Assembly: GCA_018303045.1 (NCBI GenBank)
Contig: JAGVYX010000035.1
Location: 1 to 47,877, forward strand
DNA: 47,877 bases
Origin: Candidatus Woesearchaeota archaeon
Lineage (GTDB): Archaea; Nanobdellota; Nanobdellia; Woesearchaeales; GW2011-AR9
Direction: 5' to 3'
The notes under the pieces were generated by a model. The model saw only the letters and a program-made list of their open reading frames with translations. It was not told the DNA's origin and made no database searches. This document shows, piece by piece, positions 18,727 to 28,646 of the stretch. Position 1 is the stretch's first letter. Each line of letters starts with the position of its first letter. The position numbers were made by a program, and so were the translations under genes.

Positions 18727-19296
18727 ATGGATGAAATACAATTTACTCGGGATTTATTGGTCAGCAATAAAGAGCTGGTTTATACTGGTATCTTTAAACT
18801 TGATGACCTATATAAAGATATTAACCGCGTAGTTGAAGCTCGGGGATATACTCAGCGAGAGAAACGATCGGAAGAAGCCGTTGCCGAAGCAGGCAGGAAA
18901 ATATATCTGGAATTAAGGCCCTACAAATTCTTTACGCCGGAGATTAAGCTGCTGATTAAGATTAAAATTGATTTAGGCCCGGTTTCTGAAAGCAAGCATC
19001 AGGGAGAACTGTATCAGCGGGGGGATGTTCGTATTGTCTTGGATGCCTGGTACATGACCAATTATCGGAAGCGCTGGTATAACAAGCCATTAACCTATTT
19101 CCTAAAAGGCGTTATTAACAAGTATCTCTATCAATGGCCGGAAGAAAAAGATTCCCGGGAGATGCTGGTTTCGGATGCGGCGGCAATTTATGCTGTGATT
19201 AAAAAATTATTCCGGACGTATCAGCCGGAAGCTAAGAAATATTCTTCAGAAGAAGAGGTAATCCAAGAAGTGGAGAAGGAGATTGGGAAAGGTTAA
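18727..19296 (+). CDS. Hypothetical protein, paralog of 18014..18523
   Basis: Collinear shared motifs with the upstream gene. Confidence 0.85.
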   Translation: MDEIQFTRDLLVSNKELVYTGIFKLDDLYKDINRVVEARGYTQREKRSEEAVAEAGRKIYLELRPYKFFTPEIKLLIKIKIDLGPVSESKHQGELYQRGDVRIVLDAWYMTNYRKRWYNKPLTYFLKGVINKYLYQWPEEKDSREMLVSDAAAIYAVIKKLFRTYQPEAKKYSSEEEVIQEVEKEIGKG

Positions 19297-19297
19297 G

Positions 19298-19966
19298 TTA
19301 GGACTTATCTTTCTTGCGCTTTTTTTCCGGAATAAAATAATGGCCCTTCTGGTGCTGTTTCTCTAAAACTTTGCCGCCAGCTTCAGACTCATCCAAAATT
19401 TTGATAGCGTTTTCTAATCCCAAAGCATCCTTGTTGATAAAATCCAGTTTGCTCTTTTGCTTTTTTTCAACATACCCCATCAGGTCTCCGATATGTTCTG
19501 GCCGTAAGTGTTCTGCTGGAACAGAAAGAAGATTTTCTGCTAAATTTTTCATTAACGTCGGCCTTAATTTTAGATTGAAATAATCAAAGGTAAAGCCTTC
19601 TCCAAGGTCTTTAATGTGCCGGTAAATATCCTGATAAGTAGCGCCGCCTACTAACCTGGCGATCATTTTGTCTTCAGCTTCATCTGATTTCTGTTCCTTT
19701 CCCTCTTTTCCTTTTTTAGGCTTAATGTTGAAATGCTGTTTAGCGACACTAATATAAGCATCAGACATATGTTTGGCCATCGCTTTTTGCTTATCATCAT
19801 TCTCCAGAAGCTCCATTTTTAATCGGCCATCTTCCATTAAGTGCTGGCCAGCAGCTTCATCATAAATCTGCCGATGGCTTCTTTCATAAGTATGAAGCAT
19901 CTGAAAAACTTTCTTTTTTAAGCGATAATATTTATCGGCAGGATGTTCTTCTTTCTTTTCAGCCAT
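19298..19966 (-). CDS. Hypothetical basic protein
   Basis: 222-aa ORF with a TTTATA box upstream. Confidence 0.8.
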   Translation of the reverse strand: MAEKKEEHPADKYYRLKKKVFQMLHTYERSHRQIYDEAAGQHLMEDGRLKMELLENDDKQKAMAKHMSDAYISVAKQHFNIKPKKGKEGKEQKSDEAEDKMIARLVGGATYQDIYRHIKDLGEGFTFDYFNLKLRPTLMKNLAENLLSVPAEHLRPEHIGDLMGYVEKKQKSKLDFINKDALGLENAIKILDESEAGGKVLEKQHQKGHYFIPEKKRKKDKS

Positions 19967-20056
19967 GGTTAAGAATAAAGTAAATGAAAGTATAAATAGT
20001 TTTCTAACTAAGCATTAAATAAAATGAAGAAAATGAAGAAGAATAAATTATAAAAA

Positions 20057-20653
20057 TTATGGTCTAGTCGGCGCTTTCATGTACGGTTTAGATCCGATTT
20101 CAGCTAATTTTTCATCCAAACTTTTCTTAGCATCAGTCAAGCCAATTAATTGAGCTTTATCCTGCAATCCTAATTTGCTGGCATCTAAAATTGCAATACT
20201 TGCATAATTTCCAATTTCGGCAGCGCTAACTGAATCTAAGACTTCACCCAAAAATCCAGATTTAGCTTCTAAAGCTTGTTTCCATCCAGTATTCTTATCA
20301 ACTGTTGCCATAAAACCTTCATAACTGAAGTTGTCTTTCGCTTGGTCCACTAAACCGGTTACGAAAGCTGGCTGAAAGCCATAAGCTCCATTAAGCAATT
20401 CTCCTCGAGCTATTCTCGGATCATCAGGCATACCAGCAATAGCTGCAGTATAGGGCGCAGCTAATTCGTTATTAATTGTTTCTGTAAAGGTTCTTCGTCT
20501 ATGTTCATCATTTAACATACCGGGATCTATGTATTGTCCTTCAACAATCGTTCCTAAGGCTTGGTCCACGGCCATACGCAGTCTGCGTTTTTGAGTTTCC
20601 TCAGCATTTTTTGCTATTTTTTCAGCATCTTTAAAATCTTGTACGGTTGCCAT
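20057..20653 (-). CDS. Hypothetical protein
   Basis: 198-aa ORF with a GAGGT SD. Confidence 0.8.
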   Translation of the reverse strand: MATVQDFKDAEKIAKNAEETQKRRLRMAVDQALGTIVEGQYIDPGMLNDEHRRRTFTETINNELAAPYTAAIAGMPDDPRIARGELLNGAYGFQPAFVTGLVDQAKDNFSYEGFMATVDKNTGWKQALEAKSGFLGEVLDSVSAAEIGNYASIAILDASKLGLQDKAQLIGLTDAKKSLDEKLAEIGSKPYMKAPTRP

Positions 20654-20766
20654 TTTTATTATTTAATTTACCTCGCTTTTTAATATAGCAAATGTGTTAA
20701 ATATTCATGCATTTATCCACACACATTTGCTTATTAGTAATTGTGAAATAAAGTTCGATAATTACT

Positions 20767-20905
20767 CACAATTACTCTTTACAGTAACAACTACCTCTGG
20801 CGGCGATGCGGGCATTTTCCACGAACCCCAGAGGCGTCCAAAAGCCTTTAAGGAAGGTTTCATCAATTCGGTTTCTGCCTGTTCCGCTGTAAGCAACTCC
20901 TTGTG
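20767..20905 (-). ncRNA. Candidate structured leader or ncRNA
   Basis: Nested pairings CACAA/TTGTG, TTACAG/CTGTAA, CCTCTGG/CCAGAGG in a GC-richer intergenic island. Confidence 0.4.
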
Positions 20906-20995
20906 GAGGAGTTTATTGACCAAAACGCCCCGCTTTTGAGGGAAATGCTTATAAAAGAACAAACTATCTACTACAAAATCTATTTAAAATGCCCC

Positions 20996-22852
20996 ATGGC
21001 TAAAAAACAGGCCAAAGCGGAAGAAAAGAAAGCTGAGGAAACTCAGCCTAAGATTCCTCCGGAATTGGAACAGAAACTAAAAGCTATTAAAGCTAAGTTA
21101 GATACCTTTAAAAAACAGGTTCTGGATAAATTCGGGGATTATATTATTGGCATTACTTTGCTGCCTCCGGAAAATATTCCTCCAGACGCTTCTGAACAAA
21201 CCAATCCGGAAAAGCCTAAAGCTGAAAAGCCCAATCCGGACCGAATTGATTTATTGCTGGTAGTTGATGATACTGACAGCAAAAAGATGTCTAAAAACGA
21301 ATTGCATCAGAAAATTTCGGAAATTGTCAAAAAATTCGCCGAGGAAATTGATAAGAATATCACTCCTCAGGTTGCATTGTTAACCGACTTATGGCAGAAT
21401 TGTTATGATGCCAAATACGATTTAAACCGGCTGATTTCTCTGGGCGCGCCAATTCATGACACAGGAATGCTGGCAGCCATTAAAATTGCTGAAATACATA
21501 AGACGATGGTGCTGAAGAAGTTTGAAAAATATATCGTTAGTTACGTCTTAGCCGGCTCTTTGGTGCAGGGCAAGGCCACCGCCAGCTCAGATATCGATGT
21601 CTGGATTGTTATTGACGATACCGATGTTAAAAAAATGACGCGGGTGGAACTGAAGGATAAATTGCGGGCGATTATCATCGGCATGGGGGCTGAGGCAGGA
21701 GAATTAACCGGGATTAAAAATAAGTTAAATATTCAGGCTTGGATTCTGACGGAGTATTGGGACGCTCTGAAAGAAGCCAACCCCATTATGTTTACCTTAT
21801 TGAGAGACGGGGTTCCCTTTTATGACCGGGGAATGTTTATGCCTTGGAAGCAGCTGCTGAGGATGGGCCGGATTAAACCCAGTAGAGAAGCTATTGACTT
21901 ATTCATGAGCGCCGGCGAGCAAAGCATGAGCCGCATTAAGATTAGGCTGAATGAAATGGGCATGGAGGATACTTTTTATGCGATTTTAACGCCCAGCCAG
22001 GCCGCGATTATGCTGTATGGCTTGCCGCCGCCCACTCCTAAAGAAACTCCCGATGTTTTAGAAGAGATTTTTGTAAAAAAAGAAAAATTATTGGAGAAGG
22101 AATATGTAGACATTTTAAGAAGAAACGTCAAGGTTAGAAAAGATATTGAACATGGCGATTTGAAACAATTATCGGGCACTGAATTGGATAAATTAGTTCA
22201 TGACGGCGAGAAATTCTTAAAGCGGATCAGGGAATTATTCCAGGAAATTGAAAAGCGGCATACTGAAAACAGCATTATAACTCTCTATGATGAAATTGTT
22301 ACCATCATCCGGGATGTCCTTAAAGTTGAAGGAGTGGAAAGAGCCCATGACACGGAAATTATCAAATTATTTGAATCGGAATTGATTTCCACCGGGAAGG
22401 TTCCGGCCCGCTTTTTGCGCGATTTAAATGAAATTGTAGCGGCTAAAAAGAAATATGATGATAAAAAATTGACTAAAAATGATATTGAAAAAGCCCGCAA
22501 GGGCAGCGGCGAATTAATTAAATTTCTAATCGAATACCTGCAGCGCAAGCGCGGGCAGGAATTAGAGCGAACCAGAATCCGGGTTAAGCATGGGGAGACT
22601 TATGGCGAAGTTATTTTACTGGAAGATATGGCTTTTGTCATCCATGATATTGATGATAAACAGCAGAGAATTGAAAAGGCTAAGCTTAATGAAAATGGCA
22701 GCTTGGGGCCTTTGGCTGAAGCTTCCTTGGAAGAATTTGAGAAAAAACTAGCTTCCATAACTTTGCCTAAGCGGGTGTTTATTAAAGAACCGATTTTTGA
22801 AGATCTGAAGAATATTTTTGGCCGGGATGTGGAAGTGCTGGTGCATTATTAA
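20996..22852 (+). CDS. Tandem nucleotidyltransferase-domain protein with HEPN-like region
   Basis: Degenerate NTase (RIDLLLVVDD), intact NTase (AGSLVQG...SDIDVW), RKDIEH (Rx4H); probable start MAKKQ at 20996. Confidence 0.85.
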   Translation: MAKKQAKAEEKKAEETQPKIPPELEQKLKAIKAKLDTFKKQVLDKFGDYIIGITLLPPENIPPDASEQTNPEKPKAEKPNPDRIDLLLVVDDTDSKKMSKNELHQKISEIVKKFAEEIDKNITPQVALLTDLWQNCYDAKYDLNRLISLGAPIHDTGMLAAIKIAEIHKTMVLKKFEKYIVSYVLAGSLVQGKATASSDIDVWIVIDDTDVKKMTRVELKDKLRAIIIGMGAEAGELTGIKNKLNIQAWILTEYWDALKEANPIMFTLLRDGVPFYDRGMFMPWKQLLRMGRIKPSREAIDLFMSAGEQSMSRIKIRLNEMGMEDTFYAILTPSQAAIMLYGLPPPTPKETPDVLEEIFVKKEKLLEKEYVDILRRNVKVRKDIEHGDLKQLSGTELDKLVHDGEKFLKRIRELFQEIEKRHTENSIITLYDEIVTIIRDVLKVEGVERAHDTEIIKLFESELISTGKVPARFLRDLNEIVAAKKKYDDKKLTKNDIEKARKGSGELIKFLIEYLQRKRGQELERTRIRVKHGETYGEVILLEDMAFVIHDIDDKQQRIEKAKLNENGSLGPLAEASLEEFEKKLASITLPKRVFIKEPIFEDLKNIFGRDVEVLVHY

Positions 22853-22896
22853 AGCCGGGGCGGTTTCACGTATTTTTAGGATATTAATTAGCCTTA

Positions 22897-22936
22897 GAGA
22901 ACTTTGTCGATAAAAAATAAATTATTCAAAATTCTC
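22897..22936 (+). mobile_element. MITE family A, 40-bp copy
   Basis: GAGAACTTTG...TTCAAAATTCTC with CTTA on both flanks. Confidence 0.75.
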
Positions 22937-22987
22937 CTTACATTTATTAGAATGACCTGCTCTAGGCTGTTTTTAACTTAGAAACGA

Positions 22988-23383
22988 TCACTGTATCTGA
23001 GCTAATTCTTTAGAACTTAATATTGGCCAAGCCCAGTTCCGCTTCTTGTATACTGCCTGCAATCCGGCAATAGCGGCATTCAAAATCTTTAATTTCCTTT
23101 CAGCTATAGTTTTAATGTTAGCCTGTACGTCAATTATGGGAGCTTTGCCTTCTACTAAAATATCTCTATGGACCGAACCGGAAACGGAAGAAACGACTCT
23201 TCTTCTGGGCCTTTGCAGATCCAGCTGGACTTTTATTTTAATTTTTAATAGTTCTTTAACTGCTTCATCTGCTTCTAGGTTAGTATCGGCATCAAATGCG
23301 TATTGGAAATAATCTTTAACTTGTTTTTCTTCAAATCGTTCCAAATCTGCTTCTTCGTCAGCATCTAAAGATTTTTCACTCAT
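22988..23383 (-). CDS. Hypothetical protein
   Basis: ORF with acidic N-terminus; ATG at 23383 preferred over the upstream TTG. Confidence 0.6.
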   Translation of the reverse strand: MSEKSLDADEEADLERFEEKQVKDYFQYAFDADTNLEADEAVKELLKIKIKVQLDLQRPRRRVVSSVSGSVHRDILVEGKAPIIDVQANIKTIAERKLKILNAAIAGLQAVYKKRNWAWPILSSKELAQIQ

Positions 23384-23633
23384 ATTCAAATCCAAATTAT
23401 TAACTTATTTGAATCATTAAGTAATTTATTCTATTTAAATTTTTATGTAAAATGGGCCGAAATCTGCCAGTGAAAGATAGTTTTCGATTGATTATAAAAC
23501 TTTACAAAAGCTTTACAGAAAGTATTAAAAATCAAGGATGTTTAGACTTTCCTAGACTGAAAATAGCTTTAAAAAGTATCTTTATAAAGTAAATTTGATT
23601 AGCACTCCTATAAAGCTTGCGGAGGGATGTTCC

Positions 23634-24686
23634 ATGATCAAAAATCTTAAAAAAGGAATAAATCCTAAAAAAGGAATCAATCTTAAGAACGGAATTATTG
23701 GGTTTATATTATTGCTATTTGTGCTTAGTGTAGCGCCTTTGGTATTAGCTGATGGGGATGCTGATAAAGATATAGATAAAAATAATGCTAATGAAAAATC
23801 AGAAATCAAAATTGAAATAAAAGAAAAATTGCGCGAGCGCAAAGAGAATCTGGAAGAGAAAACGCAGCAGCGGCAGGAGATAATCAGCCAAGCGCGCGGG
23901 CGGGTAAGGGAAGTTAAAGAAAAAGTTGCCGATGCTAGTTTAAAATCCAGTGAAGTCAAAGACAAATATACTGAAGCTAAGCAAAAGTATCGCCGACAAA
24001 GGGAGGTTATAACCGATCTTAAGGAACGTGTCAGGAACTGCGATAAAGATTGTCAGAAAAAAAAGTCTCAGTTGAAGCATGGAGTGAGCCAGCATTTAAT
24101 TAAAACAGGAGAGCTAATGGAATGGTCAATTGAGCATTTGCTTCAGCGCTTGGAACATGCGCCTATTAGCCAGGAAGAGAAAGATACAGCCACGGCAACT
24201 TTATTGGCCTTGGAAGAGCGGCTAATTCAACAGCGAAAACTGGTGGAAAATCTGGGGGAAAATGCCAGCAATGAGCAGCTGCGCGAAGCTATTGCTGATC
24301 TGAAATCAACCTGGAAAGAAGTCCGGCAGGTTCAAAATCGGGTGATTGCTTCCTTAACTCAGGCTAAATTATCCGTTTTGCTGGAAAAGCACCAAGAATA
24401 TCTTAATGGCTTGGATTTGCGGATTGCTTCGCTTAAAGAAAAAGGCTTGGATGCAAGGGAATTGGAAGTCATCCGCAATCAATTTGAGAAGCATATTCAG
24501 CAATTTAGTCTGGATTTTGCCAAAGTAGAAGAAATCTGGATGGAAGCGCAGACTGGCCGGGATGTTTTACGAGAGCTGCATAATGGGCAGCAGCAATTGA
24601 AAGAAGAAATTAAAATAACTAAGCGCTTGCTGCATGAGTTTATGAACAAATTTAGAGAATTAAATCAACTGGCCAAAACCGAATAA
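23634..24686 (+). CDS. Secreted or anchored coiled-coil protein
   Basis: GGAGG SD, N(L/P)K(K/N)GI x3, signal/TM segment, long heptad-rich body. Confidence 0.8.
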   Translation: MIKNLKKGINPKKGINLKNGIIGFILLLFVLSVAPLVLADGDADKDIDKNNANEKSEIKIEIKEKLRERKENLEEKTQQRQEIISQARGRVREVKEKVADASLKSSEVKDKYTEAKQKYRRQREVITDLKERVRNCDKDCQKKKSQLKHGVSQHLIKTGELMEWSIEHLLQRLEHAPISQEEKDTATATLLALEERLIQQRKLVENLGENASNEQLREAIADLKSTWKEVRQVQNRVIASLTQAKLSVLLEKHQEYLNGLDLRIASLKEKGLDARELEVIRNQFEKHIQQFSLDFAKVEEIWMEAQTGRDVLRELHNGQQQLKEEIKITKRLLHEFMNKFRELNQLAKTE

Positions 24687-24719
24687 TTTTTATTTAATCT
24701 TAACTTAATACAGAAATAG

Positions 24720-24938
24720 ATGGAAAACAAGAACTATAAAGCTCTTTTTAGGATAGTTATAATTGTTTTAGTAATGGTTTTTCTCTTTGGTTGTATTATT
24801 GAAGAGGTTCCATCTCAAAGTTCTGAAGAGTTGGAAGTTTCCAGTTTGCTGGAGAACTTAGGTGAAATTGACCATTTGGATGAAGGCCTTAACGGCGATC
24901 TAACCTTGGATGAATTGGATAATATAACTTTGGAGTGA
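24720..24938 (+). CDS. Small acidic lipoprotein-like protein
   Basis: Hydrophobic stretch ending FLFGC; acidic tail. Confidence 0.65.
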   Translation: MENKNYKALFRIVIIVLVMVFLFGCIIEEVPSQSSEELEVSSLLENLGEIDHLDEGLNGDLTLDELDNITLE

Positions 24939-24942
24939 GTTT

Positions 24943-25216
24943 AGGGGCACGCCCGTGGTCGAATGGCTACAGCCCCAGTTGGTTTAACCCCCGCAGCTTC
25001 TCGGGCTTGCGACCCCAGGAACATAGAGATTGAAGGTTAAGGCTGCTTTCTTCCGAATCTGACCTGATTCCCAGCAAGTCCATCCCCTGGGACAAACCGT
25101 CGGCAAAGACAGCAGGGACCAATGAGACCATGGCAATCCTTCTTTGGGCTTCGGCTCCGTGTAAAGTCCATTCACAGTAACAGCGCAGGACTAGCGCGCC
25201 AGCCTAGCTCTCCCTC
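24943..25216 (-). ncRNA. ffs: Archaeal SRP (7S) RNA
   Basis: 5' GAGCTAGGCTGG; helix-8 motif GGTCAGATTCGGAAGAAAGCAGCC; 3' CGACCACGGGCGTGCCCC; TTTAAATA box ~25 nt upstream; ends approximate. Confidence 0.88.
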
Positions 25217-25327
25217 GATAATGAGTTTAACTGGAGTTTATTTAAATTTATTGTGCGTCCGGATCACACCAGATACCCAGACTGACTCACATATACCACT
25301 GGCGTGAAATCTATATAAAGATGCATC

Positions 25328-25409
25328 GGCAGTGTTAATATCTGACTGTTCCCCTAGTTAGTTATAATCTTAAATAAATAGTTTTTATCAGTCAAAGGAT
25401 TACACTATC
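25328..25409 (+). mobile_element. MITE family B (82 bp), copy 2
   Basis: TIR GGCAGTGTTAAT / ATTACACTATC; perfect 8-bp TSD GATGCATC. Confidence 0.92.
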
Positions 25410-25554
25410 GATGCATCATCTTCTTTAATAAGGCACTTCTCAGAATCACGGGCTATCGGCAATTTTGTCGGCGGTCTCGCCAGGGGCTTATTTTAAATTC
25501 CAGAAACATTAATTCCATTATATTTAAAAAATAGTTACTCTATTTCTTATTTTA

Positions 25555-26802
25555 ATGCCACCTTCTAAAACAAGCGCAGTAAAAAAAATCAGCTGGAAAC
25601 TGGCTAAATATTTTCTTTTCCTGCACTTGGGAACTCAGACGGCCTACTGCGGAAACGAATTCCTGCACACTATCAGCCCTTCAACAGTTAGAATTGCATT
25701 TGAAAAAACTGCCGGCTTTCCAATAACCGGTTGGAGATCCGATATTGAAGATAACCCGCAGGGAATTCTCGCGGCAGTATATGCTTTAGAAAAAGAACAG
25801 GCCGACGGACTGCACCAGCTAAGTTCACTACGGGTAGAATCAGGCCATTATTTTAAAAAAAATATTCTTGAACAATTAGCAGCTCTGGTTACTTCCGGCC
25901 ACGGAGGGTACTATATTCCAACATTAGAACAAATAGTAATTAATTCAGGTTTGGATCCAGAAACAATTCACCATGAGATTAAACATGCCAAAACGTTTAA
26001 AGTTTTAGAAAACCATCCTGAATTTAAAACGGAGTGGAACCAGTTAGCTGTTAATGGCGAGGGAACCAGTTTATATGCCAGTGCCTTAGAGCGAATCTTT
26101 TCCTGGATCAAGACCCGTAACCCTAAAGCTCCCGTAGAACAAGCCCGGCTGGAAGAACAAGGATTTGTATCATCCTATGCCCAGCTTAATTTACTGGAAG
26201 ATATTGCTGAAATTGGCGAACTGGCGGAAACCAGCCCTGAATTCTCCAGGATTGAATTATGGACGCAGAACCCGGACCGGTATTCCAAGATTATTTCTAA
26301 ATTTAAGCTGGCAGAGAAGTATGGCCTTATTTCTTCCGGATTTCTGGAGTATGTTGCTCTTTCCCAAAAATACCGGGAAGCTGATCCTGAAGGGAAGATT
26401 AGCGATGAAAATAAAGCGGATCATTTTCTGGAAGAAAGCAGACAGTTCCTTGAAAAATACCCTTTCAGTTCCTATTCCCTGCCGCTGCGGTTAGCGCGGG
26501 GAAATATCTTAGTGGCTAAAGCTCATATCTTGGTGGCTAGAGCTCAAAACTCTCGTGAAAATATCTACGAAGCCATAACAGAATATAAATTAGGGCTGAC
26601 CGCTGGCTATAAAACGCCGGAGGATTATCCCGCTATCTTAAGGAGATTGAGAAGCATTCATGAAACTATCACCTTAGATGCCTTCTGTTCAAGAGTCTAT
26701 AAAGAAGCTGAGCTAGAATTCTGGACACGATATCACGCCCATGATTTAACTCTTCCTAATAAAGGCGTAAACGATTTGCTAGAATGGTATGGTGAATTGT
26801 GA
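25555..26802 (+). CDS. Putative zinc metallopeptidase (HExxH), probably exported
   Basis: IHHEIKH and downstream GFVSSYA...EDIAE (third-ligand pattern). Confidence 0.7.
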   Translation: MPPSKTSAVKKISWKLAKYFLFLHLGTQTAYCGNEFLHTISPSTVRIAFEKTAGFPITGWRSDIEDNPQGILAAVYALEKEQADGLHQLSSLRVESGHYFKKNILEQLAALVTSGHGGYYIPTLEQIVINSGLDPETIHHEIKHAKTFKVLENHPEFKTEWNQLAVNGEGTSLYASALERIFSWIKTRNPKAPVEQARLEEQGFVSSYAQLNLLEDIAEIGELAETSPEFSRIELWTQNPDRYSKIISKFKLAEKYGLISSGFLEYVALSQKYREADPEGKISDENKADHFLEESRQFLEKYPFSSYSLPLRLARGNILVAKAHILVARAQNSRENIYEAITEYKLGLTAGYKTPEDYPAILRRLRSIHETITLDAFCSRVYKEAELEFWTRYHAHDLTLPNKGVNDLLEWYGEL

Positions 26803-26964
26803 TGGACAGAAGCGATGAATAGAACAATTAACCAGTATATTGACGCGTTAGTTTTGAAACAGTATCATCGATGATATTGTTGTTCCATGATTATGTTGTC
26901 GCTGCGCTAGAGATAGCTTGGATGACCACAATCCTTAATTACATTAAATAAATTTAATTCTAAA

Positions 26965-27906
26965 ATGCTGGATGCCATTTCAAACCACATCAAACAAACA
27001 ATAACCCAATGGGGAAAAGAAGATTCCATAATCCTTAACCAGGAAATGCATCAGATAAATCAACAGAATTTTCACACTATTCCTTCCAGCAATGAAGACA
27101 AAACCATCGCTTTTATTGATGGCGGACAGGCAGAAATTTTACAAACCGGGAACTTTTGCCTTTCTCTTATCCGGGTGGCCATAGTTATTTTTAAAAAAAA
27201 TATAAAAATTGGCCAGAAACTTCACGAATTCTACCTTTTTACTTCCGCAGTTTATCATCATGGCGAATTATATTATCAGGCCAGAACTTTCTTCAAAGAC
27301 AAAATTTTGGTAAGAGAACAAGACCTGTTTGTTTCATCCAATGATCCTTCACTAAAAAGCGGTTTAGAGAGAGCGCCTGTCCAGAAAATCTCCAGCATGG
27401 CCCGGCGATTTGCCGAGTTGGCCTTGGCGGCAGAGAGTAATTCAGATTTTATAATCCTTGACGGCGCCCTTGACAAGACATATATTAATGAAGAAAATTA
27501 CTTGAAATTACTAAATAAAAAAGCATCTGCTCTAGCTAAAACCTCTTCCTTATTTACCGTTAATGGCAATTCGCCGGCAACTTTGCTAAAACAGCTTCAT
27601 TCTAAGGAAACGTGGTTCTATGCGATAACCGAAAATACAGCCTTAGTTAAATTGCATCCCCAAACGAATCATATTTTTCGCTTTGAGGGAAACCGGGAAA
27701 TTCTTCCTTTTCTCATCAGCAATTCCCATGATGCCTTATTTCTAGGCTATCCTTATGGCTTGATGTTAGCTGATAAATTAGCCCGCGTTTCCCATCAGGA
27801 AAAAAATTCTTTAATCGCCCGCCTGCTGCTGAAATCAGATAACAAAATTATTTCTGAATACCTGCAAAATACTAATGCCCATGAAATATTGGATAATTTG
27901 GGCTGA
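26965..27906 (+). CDS. nurA: NurA-family nuclease
   Basis: IAFIDGG, ILDGAL, ALAKTS, GYPYGLMLADKLARV. Confidence 0.85.
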   Translation: MLDAISNHIKQTITQWGKEDSIILNQEMHQINQQNFHTIPSSNEDKTIAFIDGGQAEILQTGNFCLSLIRVAIVIFKKNIKIGQKLHEFYLFTSAVYHHGELYYQARTFFKDKILVREQDLFVSSNDPSLKSGLERAPVQKISSMARRFAELALAAESNSDFIILDGALDKTYINEENYLKLLNKKASALAKTSSLFTVNGNSPATLLKQLHSKETWFYAITENTALVKLHPQTNHIFRFEGNREILPFLISNSHDALFLGYPYGLMLADKLARVSHQEKNSLIARLLLKSDNKIISEYLQNTNAHEILDNLG

Positions 27907-27980
27907 TGACAAAAATCAGTTTAAACTGAAGCTTCAAGTTTTTCTAAAACCTTAAATACCTTAATTAAATTTAAAGGATT

Positions 27981-28589
27981 GTGGCAAAATTACTCTTAAC
28001 TTCCACCGGGCTGGCAAATAAAAATATTGCTAATCAGTTCCTGCAACTAATTGGCAAGCCAGTTTCTCAAATTAAAATGATTTTTGTGCCCGCCGCCGCC
28101 AGAACTAAAGAGGAATTAAGATACGTTGAAGAATCTAAAACAGAACTCCTTAATTTAGGAATTTTAGCTGGTAACATTAAAACAATTCACTTGGATAAAC
28201 CTGTTTCATTTAAAGAAATTAAATATTTTGACACCCTCTATGTTTGCGGAGGAAACACTTTTTATCTGCTTAAAAAAGTTAGAGAAACTGGTTTTGATAA
28301 AGCCATAAAAGAATTTGTAAAAAAGGATAAACTTTATCTTGGAGTCAGCGCGGGGAGTATTTTAGCTGGCCCAAATATTGAAATTGCCAGCCCCTTTGAC
28401 AAGAATGATGTTCATTTGACGGATTTGACCGGGCTGCATTTAACTGAAATCATTGTTTCTCCCCATTATAACAATAAAGAAAAGAGAATCATTGATAATT
28501 TTAAGAAAAAGTCGCGATACAAAGTTGCGCCTTTAACTGATGAACAAGCGCTGTTAATTATGGATGGAAAAATAGGAATGGTGGAATAA
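27981..28589 (+). CDS. Peptidase E (S51) family
   Basis: YVCGGNTFYLL, YLGVSAG, SPHY; GTG start. Confidence 0.92.
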   Translation: MAKLLLTSTGLANKNIANQFLQLIGKPVSQIKMIFVPAAARTKEELRYVEESKTELLNLGILAGNIKTIHLDKPVSFKEIKYFDTLYVCGGNTFYLLKKVRETGFDKAIKEFVKKDKLYLGVSAGSILAGPNIEIASPFDKNDVHLTDLTGLHLTEIIVSPHYNNKEKRIIDNFKKKSRYKVAPLTDEQALLIMDGKIGMVE

Positions 28590-28646
28590 AATAGCGGAAT
28601 AATTCAGGCACTAGCATCTGGGAGCGGTTTATTCTGAAAATTATTT

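Noticed and set aside
20767..20905. 5S rRNA or hammerhead ribozyme
   Set aside because: CCTCTGGG/TCGCCGCC and TTGATGA are suggestive, but loop C (CCGAAC) and the CUGAUGA...GAAA geometry are missing
20903..20995. GTG start for the NTase gene and ORFs 20694..20939 and 20762..20962
   Set aside because: They overlap the structured region and TATA-like boxes; ATG 20996 is more plausible
24984..25307. Small ORFs of 63 and 61 aa
   Set aside because: They overlap the SRP RNA and its promoter
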